Origin: Eledone cirrhosa
Taxonomy: Eukaryota
NCBI GenBank assembly: GCA_964016885.1
Contig: OZ024763.1
Span: 18,538,001-18,602,000, forward strand
DNA length: 64,000 bases
Direction: 5' to 3'
The notes under the pieces were generated by a model, which saw nothing but the letters and a program-made list of their open reading frames with translations, searched no databases and was not told where the DNA came from. Shown here piece by piece: positions 1-12,896 of the stretch; positions within the stretch are counted from its first letter, which is position 1; the number at the start of each line of letters is the position of its first letter. The translations under genes and the position numbers were made by a program.

Positions 1-177
1 CTCCTTTGGGAGTCCCTACATGGACACACTAGAAGAGGAAGACCAAGGTTAACATATGTTGATGCCCTAAGGACAGACACTGGTCTGTTGGAGATGCAGG
101 ATATGGCAGCGATAATGAGGGACAGAGACCGCTGGAGAGAACTCGTCCATGGATCTCGGGAATTTTACCCGCCTTAG
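1..177 (+). mobile_element. 3' end of an RTE-clade LINE ORF (runs off the window start), followed by (TA)n
   Basis: Frame 1 translates LLWESLHGHTRRGRPRLTYVDALRTDTGLLEMQDMAAIMRDRDRWRELV...*, the RGRP..TY.D.L..DTG.....M.DR..WR C-terminal signature of RTE ORFs; TAG at 175-177. Confidence 0.8.
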
Positions 178-319
178 ATATATATATATATATATTGTTA
201 TACTTTGGGTGGGTCATGTTGCCAATAAGAAACACACGCACCAGTTGCTTTCACTTCAATTTATTATAATAAATTTATAAATTTATATATATATATATAT
301 ACGTTACGGACGTTACGGC

Positions 320-366
<47 letters not shown>

Positions 367-434
367 TTGATAAAACGTTACGGCGTATATATATCGTATA
401 TATATATATATATATAAAGTTTGATAAAACGGCG

Positions 435-470
<36 letters not shown>

Positions 471-569
471 ATATATATACGCCGTAACGTTTTATCAAAC
501 TTTACAACTAATCCTTCCAATCACACAAGCTAAAGTAAATATAATAACCAGTCACTGTTCAACTTTCAC

Positions 570-1377
570 TGTTTGACTCTCTCTAGCCTTTCCTACTCCT
601 CTCTTTATACTCTTACCACTCCTCCTACCCTGCTACACTGCTTCTCTATTTTCTCTCTCTCTCTCTGTGTCTCTAACCTTTCTCTTACTCTATCTACCTA
701 TATCTTACTTTCTCTTACTCTATCTACCTATATCTTACTTTCCCTTTCTCTGTTTAGCCTTTCTCTTACTCTTTCTACCTATTTGGTTTATCTCTTACTC
801 TCTCTCTCTACCTTGTCTTTTACTCTCTCTCCCTCTACCTTGTCTTTTACTCTCTCTCTCTAGCCTTTCTTTTACTCTATCTACCTGGCTGCCTTTCTCT
901 TACTCTATCTCTCTCTTGCCTGTCTCTTACTCTCTCTCTAGCCTTTCTCTTACTCTCTCTCTAGCCTTTCTCCTACTCTCTCTCTAGCCTTTCTCCTACT
1001 CTCTCTCTAGCCTTTCTTTTACTCTATCTACCTGGCTGCCTTTCTCTTACTCTCTCTCTCTAGCCTTTCTCCTACTCTCTCTCTAGCCTTTCTCTTACTC
1101 TCTCTACCTATTGATTCTATATGGCTTATCTTTTACTCTTTCACTTCCTCTCTTTGATTTATTACTCTATCTATCATATTTTTCCGACCTTGTATTCCTT
1201 CCTCTCTCTATCTTTCTACCCCTCTATATCTATCTATATAGCTCTCTTTCTACACCCCTCTCTCTTTCTACTCATCTCTCTTTTTCTACCCCTCTCTCTC
1301 TCTTTCTATATATATATATCTCCGCCTCTATATCTATCTATATAGCTCTCTCTTTCTACCCCCTCTCTCTCTATTTA

Positions 1378-1422
<45 letters not shown>

Positions 1423-1428
1423 CTACCC

Positions 1429-1468
<40 letters not shown>

Positions 1469-1592
1469 TTCTCCCCCGTATATATCTATCTCTATATCTC
1501 TCTCTTTCTCTTTCTACCCGTCTCTATCTCTATATCTCTCTCTCTTTTTACCCCTTTATCTCTATCTCTCTCCCGTTCCACCCCGTATATTT

Positions 1593-1632
<40 letters not shown>

Positions 1633-2255
1633 CTCGTATATATTTATCTGTATCTCTCTCTCTTTCTACACCACTTTATCTTAGTATGTCTCTCTCTCTC
1701 TCTCTAGCTCTGTTGCTTTGTAACGATTATTTAACTCATAACCGCTCATCCTTTCATTCCTTCCCCTCCTACTCTTTCTCTCTCTGTTTCTTTCCCTTCC
1801 TCCTTCTCATTCCCTTCTACTCTCCCTCTGTCTCTCTCTTTATTTTTTCCCCTCCCTCTCTCTGTCTTTATCTTCTCTCCTTCCATCCATCAGTATGTCA
1901 TATTCTCTCCCTCTCTTTCATACCTCCTGCTCTTCCATTATCTCCCTCACTTTCTCTTACTCTCTCTACTTTTCTCCTCCTCCTCCCTCGTCCCCTTCCA
2001 TCTTATTCCCTCCCTTCAACTCCAACTTCTCATCTCTCGTACCCTCTCTACCTTTCCCCTCTCTCTCTTATTCCCACGCTCACCTTCTCTCTCTCTCTGT
2101 CATTCCCTTTAACTCCTCCTCCATAATCTCAGTCACTCTCTCTTACTCTTACTACTTTCCTCTCCCCCTCTATCTCATTCCCTCTCTCCCACCCTATCTA
2201 CAGTTGTGTGTTGTTCTTCTTTCTTTCTTTCTTTCTTTCTTTCTCCCTAACTTCT
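570..2255. repeat. Polypyrimidine low-complexity tract (CTCTCTAGCCTTTCTCTTACT-type degenerate minisatellite plus (CT)n/(TA)n)
   Basis: The + strand is almost purely C/T, with a recurring ctctagcctttctcttact unit. Confidence 0.9.
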
Positions 2256-2395
2256 AGTTCTAGTTTGAAGCTCTCTCGCCGTGACATGGGATTCTCTGCC
2301 GTGGATTATTATAAACTGGACTACCGCCTAACTTTAATGCAACAAAACACGGTCTGAAACTGGATAAAAATTATTAAAAAGTGTTTAAAAAGAGA

Positions 2396-2430
<35 letters not shown>

Positions 2431-2613
2431 TATATAAAAATATATGTAAAAAATATCAGTTCAATATATTTTAATATTGATTAAGAATCAGACAACAAAA
2501 TCGAAAATGTAAACCCGCGCGTATCCACGGTCCTTGGATAGATCGATCTGGATGTCTGGTGGTCCATCTAAGGAGCACTTGTAAGTGTTAGTGTGTCTGA
2601 TCGTAGTGACACA

Positions 2614-2656
<43 letters not shown>

Positions 2657-2980
2657 CACGTGTATATATATATATGTCGTTTTATGTTTATACATATACA
2701 CATGTCTAGGTTAATGTTGATGTATGTGTATATGTATTCTTATACGCACGCACATATAATACGTTTACCTAGATAATATATGTTTACATTTACGCGTATA
2801 TATATATATATATATATATATATTTAAATATATATATATATACATATATTTCCTGTATGTATATACCGTACGTGATAAACATGTATATATACAAGTGTAG
2901 ACAACAATACGACTGTGTAAACACAAAGGAAGGATAGAATATATATACCAAATATATATATCATATATATATATATTAAC

Positions 2981-3024
<44 letters not shown>

Positions 3025-3264
3025 ATGTATACATATATGTATGTATATATATATGTTGATCTCAAATATTTTGTTGGTACCAATACCAATACATGACAAA
3101 GTGACCAAAGTACCATTGGAACTATTTTACTAAAGGATACTAAAAACTTTTATTAGTTACAAACAAAATGGATAAAATTGAAGGTAAGACCAACTTTATA
3201 TATATTTATATCTATATCTATCTGTCTCTCTCTCTATATATATATGTATATATATGTTAGAATG

Positions 3265-3716
3265 CTGTTGAAGTGTGTATACATATTTTGGGTACAGCCT
3301 CTAATGAAGTATGTATACATTTTTGTAGTACACCCTGTATTGAAGTGTGTACACGTTTTTGGGGTGAACCCTGTATTGAAGTGTGTATACTTTTTTGTGG
3401 TACGCTCTGTAGTGAAGTGTGTATACATTAATGGGGTACACCCTGTATTAAGTGTATATACATGTATTGATGTGTGTATACATTTTTGGGGTACACCCTG
3501 TATTAAGTGTGTATACATTTTGGGGTAAATCTTGTATTGATGTGTGTATACATTAATGGGGTACACCCTGTATTGAAGTGTGTATACTTTTTTGGGGTAC
3601 ACCCTGTATTGAAGTGTGTATACTTTTTTGGGGTACACCCTATATTGAAGTGTGTATACATTTATGGGGTACACCCTGTATTGAAGTGTGTATACATTTT
3701 TGGGGTACACCCTGTA
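3265..3716. repeat. Tandem array of a ~36-bp unit derived from a Tc1/mariner-like MITE terminal repeat
   Basis: Unit gaagtgtgtatacttttttggggtacaccctgtatt repeats ~12 times. Its reverse complement, TACAGGGTGTACCCCAAAAA..GTATACAC, matches the MITE TIR at 21693 and 46045. Confidence 0.8.
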
Positions 3717-3723
3717 TATATAT

Positions 3724-3823
3724 AGATGGTGTACCACAAAAATGTATACATACTTCAACAGCATTCTAATAAATATTGCCTATAAATGCACTGAATGTGT
3801 GTATACATTTTTGGGACACCCTG
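3724..3823. mobile_element. Tc1/mariner-like MITE (TIR CAGGGTGTCCCAAAAATGTATACAC)
   Basis: Terminal inverted repeats ggtgtaccacaaaaatgtataca ... tgtatacatttttgggacaccctg, flanked by TA repeats. Confidence 0.65.
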
Positions 3824-3901
3824 TATATATATATATATATATAATGATGATGTGTCTATATATATATTATATGATGATATGTGTCTGAGTATATATATGT
3901 A

Positions 3902-3934
<33 letters not shown>

Positions 3935-4103
3935 TCATATATATGATGTGTGTGTGTCGATATTGTATATCGACCTCTCATATATATATATTGTATGAAA
4001 ACATATATAATGTATGTATATATATATGTATATATATATATATGAGAATATATAAATATATGATGTATACACTCATATAATATATATATATATATAAATA
4101 AAT

Positions 4104-4137
<34 letters not shown>

Positions 4138-4483
4138 CACACACCTGAATAAACATATCTACATAAATGTAGGTATATTTATATATATGAATATATTATG
4201 TATGTATACACACACACATGTATGTAACACTTGTTTATCTTAGAAAACATTTGGTAATTTTGAACTTTGACAACATGGTCGCCACATTGCAGAGAACTAT
4301 GATAAACTACAAACGATAGGTGTATAAAGTCAGGTAATGTATTGCAAGTGACGGGATAAAGTGGACACGGGCATTTGCAAGTTGTCTGCCCACTTTAACA
4401 TAATTATCCAACGTTTATTTATATTTATCAACTATTATTATAATCCTCTGCATTGTGGCGACTATATTTTCACACACACACGC

Positions 4484-4579
<96 letters not shown>

Positions 4580-4735
4580 TTCTGTGTCCTTCGTGTGTTT
4601 TTATTTAAAAAAATAACTTTTCAAGGTTTCCCCTTAAATTGTTTATCGTTTGTTGCCTTGTTAATTTTCTCAAGTTTATATATGTGTATATATATATATA
4701 ATATATGTATATAATTAATATATATATATATAATC

Positions 4736-4865
4736 AGTCACAACAGTGACATATACAGGTAGTTAAGTTTCGTTGGGTTATGCACCCCAACTCATTCAAC
4801 CTGAATGAGTTGGGATAAAGGACTCAACCCAATGAAACTTAAGTATTTGTATAGGTCACTCATGT

Positions 4866-4870
<5 letters not shown>
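4736..4870. ncRNA. Fold-back element with two divergent degenerate hammerhead motifs (core variant CUGAAUGA/UUGAAUGA)
   Basis: + strand from 4801: CUGAAUGA GUUGGG..CCCAAU GAAAC UUAA GUA. - strand: CAGG UUGAAUGA GUUGGG..CCCAAC GAAAC UUAA CUA CCUG. Confidence 0.55.
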
Positions 4871-4900
<30 letters not shown>

Positions 4901-4941
4901 GAGAGTAAAACAAAGAATCCTTTAATACATCAAAAGTTTTT

Positions 4942-4986
4942 ATTAGCCGACAATGTTTCGTCCTATTAAGGACTCATCAGGGCAAT
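4942..4986 (-). ncRNA. Minimal type-I hammerhead ribozyme
   Basis: Minus strand reads AUUGCC CUGAUGA GUCC uuaaua GGAC GAAAC auu GUC^GGCUAAU. The core is canonical, stem II has 4 bp, the cleavage triplet is GUC, and AAUAAA lies just downstream. Confidence 0.85.
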
Positions 4987-5128
4987 CAAAACAACTAGAG
5001 GTAATTTCGGCAGATTCAAGCCAGAAACTCTGAAGAATATGGAGTGTACATATATATATATATATAATAATAACTGCCATGACTAAATTATAACCATCAA
5101 CATAGTCAAGGTATGTCAGGCAACAACT

Positions 5129-5194
5129 TATTTTATCTGATGAGGACGTACTGTTGAAATAGCTCAATACCTCTGAAATATGTATAATAAAATA
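5129..5194 (+). ncRNA. Type-I hammerhead ribozyme (AUUUUAU-stem family)
   Basis: UAUUUUAU CUGAUGA GGAC GUACUG..CAAUAC CUCU GAAA UAUGUA UA^AUAAAAUA. Confidence 0.75.
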
Positions 5195-5361
5195 TATTTG
5201 ATCACATGAATGTCTATATTTATTAATATTTTGAAGTAATATTAATAACTCCAGAAAACCTCTTGTAGAGTGCTTTTAATCTATTGTGAAACTTTATTCA
5301 TTGATGAATTCATTGAACCTTGTTAAACTTTAAATCATAATTATATATATAATTATATATA

Positions 5362-5424
<63 letters not shown>

Positions 5425-5478
5425 CTCGTCCTATGGACTGACTCTTCTAAACCCTTGGATATTTATACCAAACATGTT

Positions 5479-5553
<75 letters not shown>

Positions 5554-5583
5554 AGATCAAAAGATGGTTAAAAGAGTTCCATG

Positions 5584-5654
5584 TATTTTATTATGCGCAT
5601 TTCAAAAACAAATATCATCATGCAATAACATTTGTGTTTTCATCAGATAAAATA
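5584..5654 (-). ncRNA. Type-I hammerhead ribozyme (UGCGCA stem III subfamily)
   Basis: UAUUUUAU CUGAUGA AAAC ACAAAUGUUAU..GAUAUUUGU UUUU GAAA UGCGCA UA^AUAAAAUA. Confidence 0.75.
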
Positions 5655-5750
5655 GGAAGACATGATATGAAGGTTAAAAACACTTGTGGATAGTGCAGTT
5701 TTAAATCAACATATGCATTGCTTTATTGTACTACAATAAAACTCACCTCC

Positions 5751-5815
<65 letters not shown>

Positions 5816-5938
5816 TATATATATATAATATATATAATGCAATGAAATATCTATGATCGTCGGCAAATCACTGATGAGGGACTTATTTTATTACATGTTA
5901 TCCATGTGCAACCTGCAGTATTCTTCTCACCATTTTTT

Positions 5939-5987
<49 letters not shown>

Positions 5988-6114
5988 ATGTATATATATA
6001 TATATATGTATGTATGTATAATTTTCTTTATTATGGCTAAGTGATGGATAGGTCATGGGCTTTGTTGCTGTGGAGTTTCACCTGTGTACTCAGATCATCA
6101 CACACACACACACA

Positions 6115-6162
<48 letters not shown>

Positions 6163-6178
6163 CACACACACACACATT

Positions 6179-6222
<44 letters not shown>

Positions 6223-6789
6223 CACACACATACACATATACACACACACACACATATATACACACACACATACACACATATATACACATACGAGTCTATT
6301 ACGTTTGATCAATAGTTTTACTTTCTTTGTGTTGCTGTTTTTAATCATAATAATAATAATAAAGTTTTCATATATTGGCCACAAGGGCCGACATATAGGG
6401 GACGATGCAAAGACAAGGGCCGTGGGGGGGGGGGGGGGGTTTACAATATAATAATGCTTTCTTTATTTACAATATAATAATAATAATAATAATAATAATT
6501 GGTCCTCTAGTGATTTTAAGGGAAGTCTTGTCTAATGTAAGACACAGGAGAGAATGCAGTGAGGGGGACCGCTGTCAACTTGTTGATTGCTAACTGAAAT
6601 ATCCAGATTGTTTAAAGATCTGTCTGAGGTTTTCAAAAACGAACCACAAGAACGATAACTGTTTCATTTGGTTTATTTATTAGACTCACAGGGTTTACAT
6701 TAAGAGGACAATAAAGACGGTACATGGCAGTACAGTGTGGTTTGTTTGTGAGAGGGAAATGTTTATAAAGAAGACTAAAAAATAAGCAT

Positions 6790-7210
6790 GGAATAATGGT
6801 TTCTGATTTAGGCACAAGGCCAGCAATTTTTGGGAGAGGGGGAGGTGGTGGTGGTGGTGGTGGTGGGGGGGGGGGTTCGATTAAATCGATCCTCAGTTCA
6901 TTACTGGTACTTTATTTTATGGATCCCGTAAGGATGAAAGGCAAAGCTAACCTCGGCAGGATTTGAACTCAATAATAATAATTGTTCCTTCTTTTAGTAT
7001 ACAAGGCCAGCAGTTATGTCAGTGTATTACTGGTACTTTATTTTATCGACCTCGTAAGGATGAAAGGCAAAGTTTACCTTGGGCGGGAATAATAATAATG
7101 GGGGAAGGGGAAAGTCGATTAAATCGACCCTAGTGCATTACTGGTACTTTATTTCATGGATCCCTTAAGGATGAAAGGCAAATATAACCTCGGCGGGATT
7201 TGAACTCATA
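6790..7210 (-). mobile_element. Cluster of three partial tRNA-derived SINEs (family A)
   Basis: Repeated ctggtactttattttatcgac..taaggatgaaaggcaaag..aacctcggcgggatttgaactc; the reverse complement contains the B box GAGTTCAAATCC. Confidence 0.8.
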
Positions 7211-7523
7211 ATAATAACAATGATTTCTTTATTAGCAACACAGGGTTTACATTAAGAGGACAATAAAGACGGTACACGACAGTACAGTGTGGGTTGTTTG
7301 TGTGAGGGAAAGGTTTATAAGGAAGACTGAAAAATAAAAACATTTAATAATTGGATGATGTGGTGTTACAGAGTCAGGGTGGTGTGGAGGAGATGTGTAG
7401 TGGAGGTAGGGGGGATTGGATCGATATCAGGTGCCACTTTGTTATAGACTTTATTTCATAAAACTTTCTACGTTTAATAGCGTATGTATCAAAAGTATAG
7501 TTGTGTGTACTTGTGTTAGTACA

Positions 7524-7572
<49 letters not shown>

Positions 7573-7574
7573 GG

Positions 7575-7635
<61 letters not shown>

Positions 7636-8051
7636 AATGGAAGCTTAGTAAAATAGAAGCTTTGGATGTGGCCAAGCAAAGTCGACCTACAATAAGGAAT
7701 GAGTAGCAAAGCACTCAATAAGTCCTTAGAGTAATAACATACGTTTAAATAGCTTGACAAATTGAAAATTGCGGTAGGCAAAACCCAGCCACCATACAAT
7801 ACCAAAACAACGAAAGAACTAATCAGGTTAATATATATATATATAAATATATGTATAAAATATATATATAAATATATATATATAAATATATATATAAATA
7901 TATGTATAAAATCCAAATTAAATAAACAAACCAGGATTTTTTCATTCTGAGGATTGAAAGCAAAACCCTTTGCTTTTAAGAAACCACTGGTAAATGGAAT
8001 AATTGCCTTATGTTGTTTATTACATAATAATATATATAAATATATATAAAC

Positions 8052-8213
8052 AAAGAAAGTGTGGTAAGAAACCAGATGGACCATAGCGCACCAGAGTACT
8101 CAATACTTAGGGTAGTAGAGTGGGTAATAGGAAAAGAGTCAGGACCCTGACGACGTTCGGATCTAGCTGCTGAAACGGCCGGAGCTCAGCCGTCGGGGGT
8201 CCTGACTCTTTTC
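8052..8213. mobile_element. CCCCGACGGC fold-back element family (carries the 3' half of a hammerhead: GAAAC-GGC..GCC-GUC)
   Basis: Shares the tail ccactctactaccctaagtattgagtactctggtgcg.. and the hairpin with copies at 21060, 24896, 34487, 37498, 37710 and 58785; sits between TA tracts. Confidence 0.7.
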
Positions 8214-8536
8214 ATATATATATATATATGTATATATGCGATATTAATAAATGGAAACTATATTTATAAAACCATATTTATTTCATTATATATATTATGG
8301 TATGCCTTCATGTCGAGTGCTTTATATCAGTTATAAAAATATTTGCTTGTTGTATCCCAACAGTTTAAATAAAACTTTTGCATATATGTATATATGTATA
8401 TGTATGTATATATGTATATGTATGCGTATATGTATGTATATAAGTGTGTGTGTGTGCAGATATATCTACCTTGTGTTAATATCAATAAAGAGAAAGTAGT
8501 CGTATGTGACGTGTGTATGTGTGTGTATAGTATATT

Positions 8537-8568
<32 letters not shown>

Positions 8569-9023
8569 AATTTATATAATAGAATAAATATGGTTTTATA
8601 AATATATTTATAAAACCATATTTATTCTATTATATATATTTCAAAGGTACCAAAATTTTGATAAAATACAAAATGTTTTATAAATATTTGACACAACCAA
8701 GGATAATATACCTTAACGGCTCAAGTTAACCCTTGAAAGGGATATATATATATATATATATATATACTCTTTTACCTGTTTCAGCCAAAATTAAATTAGG
8801 GGTGTCATGTCAGAGAGACATGCGCCATATCCACTGTAGAATATGCTCCAAGATTCCAATGAATAGATCCGAGCATTTTATATCAACTAGAAATTGATTG
8901 ACAAATGAAACAATCACAGGGAATAATTTGTAAAAGTGTGTAAGCACACATAGCCAGGTAGGTAACTAATTAAAGTTTAACTAGAACTTTAAATATAGAT
9001 ACCTTATATCATTTTATAAGGTA

Positions 9024-10023
9024 CTAGCATTAAAGCCCGGCGTTGCTCGGGGTCATTAAGTTACCAAAGTTAGGTTGCACCACTCATTTTATGGCAGCAC
9101 TTTTTTGTCTGCCAGGCACTGGGTGAATGAATTGCAGACCTGGAAGCAGGAGCTGCGCCAGCAGTGACAATTGTAGTTTCGCCTATGGATATTATCTCTG
9201 TGCAAAAAAGTGTTGAAATTTATTGTTTCACAGTACTTGCGCAACACGCGCGTAGACGATGCCAGCCGAACAACAGAGCTGCGATGGAGTTGTTCTGCAT
9301 GGTTGTCTGTGTGTTTTCTAAATTTAAGACAGTAGGGAGGGTTGTGATATGAGGGAGAGTTAGCTGTTGTTTCTAGCAGGTTTAGTGACCTCATAGAGGA
9401 TGTGTTTTCTAAATTTAAGATAGTAGGGAGTGGTGTGATATGGGGGAGAGTTAGCTGCTGTTTCTAGCAGGTTTAGTGACCTCATAGAAGATATGTTTTC
9501 TAAATTTAAGACAGTAGGGAGGGGTGTGATATGGGGGAGAGTTAGCTGCTGTTTCTAGCAGGTTTAGTAACCTCATAGAGGATATGTGTTTTCTAAATTT
9601 AAGACAGTAGGGAGTGGTGTGGGGAGGGGTGTGATATGGGGGAGAGTTAGCTGCTGTTTCTAGCAGGTTTAGTAACCTCATAGAGGATATGTGTTTTCTA
9701 AATTTAAGACAGTAGGGAGTGGTGTGAACGGACAGTATCACCATCAAGCTTGGAAAGAGAAAGTAGCAGAAAGTATGAAGTTGTATATATTTTGAATGGT
9801 AGTAGAAAGAGTTCAGCAGTTTAAATGAGAGAGAAAAATCGTAAAATATTGAGTTTTATCTATTTTTTGCGTAATTGTGGGTGAAATTGAATAAATTATC
9901 TGCGTCAAGACACAATCGAAGCTATTTCGATTACTGAATTGTAAATTTCAATTGAAGAGATTCTATATCGTAGATTTCTATAACGAAGGAGCATGACCAC
10001 ACACTGAGCTTTATAGATTATGA
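9024..10023 (-). mobile_element. Non-autonomous Helitron, copy 1, with an internal ~92-bp tandem repeat
   Basis: Minus strand starts TCATAATCTATAAAG and ends CCCGAGCAACGCCGGG (hairpin)-CTTTAATG-CTAG. It is inserted between A and T with no TSD. A near-identical copy lies at 54166-55062. Confidence 0.85.
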
Positions 10024-10212
10024 TCTATATTTAAAGTTCTAGTTAAACTTTAATTAGTTACCTGTGCTTACACACTTTTACAAATTATTCCCTGTGATTG
10101 TTTCATATATTTATTTTAGATAGATATATATATGTCAATCAATTTCTAGTTGATATATATATATATATATATAAGAGGGTGTTAAAGTTTGCTTGAATCA
10201 TTGTGAAATGTG

Positions 10213-10602
10213 TAAAATACGTAGTTAATAAAGCCACAACAATGCAGAGGGAAATCTCGAGGTAGGAAGTGAAAGATAGATAGGAAAAACAGGTGAAAGT
10301 GAAAATTGAGAGAGGCCAAGCGGAGAAAGTTGTGATGTCGTTAAGACAGGAATCCTGTCTTAACGACATCACAACTTTCTCCGCTTGGCCTGTTCCCCCC
10401 CTTTTGGAACTTTCCCCCGTTGATGGGCGTGAGTCCGAAATATTGGGATTAAATCTCCACTACGGTAACCCTTCTACCTTTGTTTTGTTTTCATCTTTGT
10501 CTCTCTCAATTTTCACTTTCACCTGTTTTTCCTATCTATCTTTCACTTCCTACCTCGAGATTTCCCTCTGCATTGTTGTGGCTTTATTAACTACGTATTT
10601 TA
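10213..10602. repeat. Fold-back inverted repeat (apex ~10352) with a ~110-bp extra segment in the right arm
   Basis: gttaagacagga-a-tcctgtcttaac apex; arms 10213-10351 versus 10353-10391 plus 10500-10602; flanked by (TA)n. Confidence 0.85.
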
Positions 10603-10625
10603 TATATATATATATATATATACAC

Positions 10626-10691
<66 letters not shown>

Positions 10692-10695
<4 letters not shown>

Positions 10696-10828
10696 GTTTC
10701 TACTTTTGACACAAGGCCAGCAATTACGCAGTGTATTACTGGTACTTTATTTTATCGACCCCGTAAGGATGAAAGGCAAAGTTAACCTCGGCGGGATTTG
10801 AACTCAACATGGAAAGGACCGTAACTCT
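10692..10828 (-). mobile_element. tRNA-derived SINE family A (partial)
   Basis: Same core as the other family A copies, with the B box on the minus strand. Confidence 0.8.
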
Positions 10829-10959
10829 ATATATATAATGCGTGTGTGTATACACTATATATATAGATGCATGTATATGTGTGTATGTATGTGTATGCTG
10901 TGTGCGTCTATATATATATATACATGAATAGATATATATGTGCGTGTGTATGTATATAC

Positions 10960-11700
10960 TTTGTATGTATATATATATATATATACAGTATATGTATATA
11001 AACACTGTATATTTATGTATGTGTATGTATGTATGTATATACTTTGTATGTATGTATATACTTTGTATGTATGTATATACATACATACAGTATATGTATT
11101 CATATATATGTATGTGTATGTATGTATATACGATGTATGTATATATCTATGTGTATATACATGTTTTCAAATAACATCGGTCTAGTGTGTTTATAACATG
11201 TGTATGTGTGTATACATGTATATATGTACACGTGTGTGTATACAGGTGTATGTGTGTGTGTATGTGTATACTATGTATGTATATATATATGTATATAAAT
11301 ACTGTGTTTACATATGTATGTGTATGTATGTATGTATGTATGTATGTATGTATATATCTATATGTATATACATGCTTGCAAATAACATCACTCTAGTGTG
11401 TTTATAACGTGTGTATGTGTGTATATATGTATATATGCACACGTGTGTGTATACAAGTGTATGTGTGTGTGTATGTATATACTATGTATGTATATATATA
11501 TGTATATAAATACTGTGTTTACATATGTATGTGTATGTAGGTATGTATGTATGTATATACGATGTATGTATATATCTATATGTATATACATGTTTGCAAA
11601 TAACATCGGTCTAGTGTGTTTATAACATGTGTATGTGTGTATACATGTATATATGTACATGTGTGTGTGTGTATACAGGTGTATGTGTGTGTACGTGTGT
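10960..11700. repeat. ~212-bp tandem duplication of compound microsatellite (3+ units)
   Basis: The anchor aaataacatcggtctagtgtgtttataac recurs at ~11169, 11380 and 11598. Confidence 0.75.
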
Positions 11701-11857
11701 GTATATATACGTGTGCGAGTGTGTGTGTGTGTCACTCTTGTTTTCACTGTTGTCTACGTAACAACACTGATATAAATTGTTCTGATTAGTATAAAGTCTG
11801 CTTGTGTAGTCTATATATTGTAATACTGTCGTGTGTGTGTGTATATATATATATGTC

Positions 11858-12411
11858 TCATGGTCGGGTCGTTGGCGACTAAACTGGCAACCCCACCAAG
11901 TTTTCTTGGTGAGGAGGGTGACTTTGGACATCCTGCGGGACTAAAAACAAAACCTGTCAAAGGGCAAAGGAGCTCTTAAGAGTCAATGGCCATCCAAAAT
12001 CACCGGGAGAGATGACCCCTTAGCCTTTGTCAAGGCAGAATTCTAGGAGAAGGAAAACTCTGATATAACACCTGCAACTCTGATGGTATCCAATGATGTT
12101 GACTTGTTCTTCTTTTTGGTAAATATCATCTTGGTTAAGAGAGTGGGACTGGCTTTGTGCAGTGCCTTTACTCACTATAAAAGCTTCACGGCACAGGCAT
12201 TGCTTTATATCTGGAGATCTCTCTGCACTTGTCGTCACATGGTACCATGGGCCCAGCACTATGTGTCAATAATTGTCACAAGTGTAGTGTTTGTACCAGA
12301 GTTTTCAAGTCGCTGGCTGGACTAAAAAGTCACACTTGTTTAGCGCATCGGTAGGGGTTCTCCTACATGGATATAAAGTAGTGGCCGTACTCGAAAACGA
12401 GTTGGCAGCCA

Positions 12412-12412
<1 letters not shown>
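11858..12412 (+). mobile_element. Internally deleted RTE derivative (5'UTR-like part joined to a zinc-finger-encoding 3' end)
   Basis: Contains an RTE-5'UTR-like ctaggagaaggaaaactctgat. The 3' part encodes [25 protein letters not shown] and ends tggccgtactcgaaaacgagttggcagcc, like the 3'UTR at ~18290. Confidence 0.6.
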
Positions 12413-12462
<50 letters not shown>

Positions 12463-12826
12463 TGTGTGTGTGTATATATATATCTGTGTATATGTGTGTA
12501 TATATATATATGTGTGTGTGTATATGTTTGTGTATATGTGTGTGTATGTATATATATATATAGGTGTGGGGGTGTGTGTGTGTATATAGGTGTGTGTGTA
12601 TATATGTCTGTGTGTATGTGTGTGTATGTATATATATATATATAGGTGTGTGTGTATATATATCTGTGTATATGTGTGTATATATATATGTGTGTGTGTA
12701 TATGTTTGTGTATATGTGTGTGTATGTATATATATATATATAGGTGTGTGTGTGTGTATATATGTTTGTGTGTATGTGTGTGTATGTATATATATATATA
12801 TAGGTGTGTGTGTGTGTATATATGTC

Positions 12827-12891
<65 letters not shown>

Positions 12892-12896
12892 TATCT

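Noticed and set aside
3265-3716. 36-bp repeats (also the 40-, 48- and 49-bp arrays) as possible CRISPR arrays
   Set aside because: The units are contiguous with no unique spacers, there are no cas genes, and the context is eukaryotic.
5838-5890. Possible type-II hammerhead (GAAA..UA UGAU..AUCA CUGAUGA), also at ~53134-53172
   Set aside because: Stems II and III do not pair convincingly.
6500-6660. Possible LINE or exon remnant
   Set aside because: The minus-strand frames I translated have stops and no motif I can identify.
9089-9747. ORFs with a 31-aa repeat (also 54442-54997)
   Set aside because: They come from the Helitron internal tandem repeat, with frameshifts between units and no Rep/helicase motifs.
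10412-10448. CCCC GUUGAUGG GCGUGAGUCC GAAAUAUU GGG hammerhead-like remnant
   Set aside because: The core is too degenerate to call, although it may be a decayed HHR.
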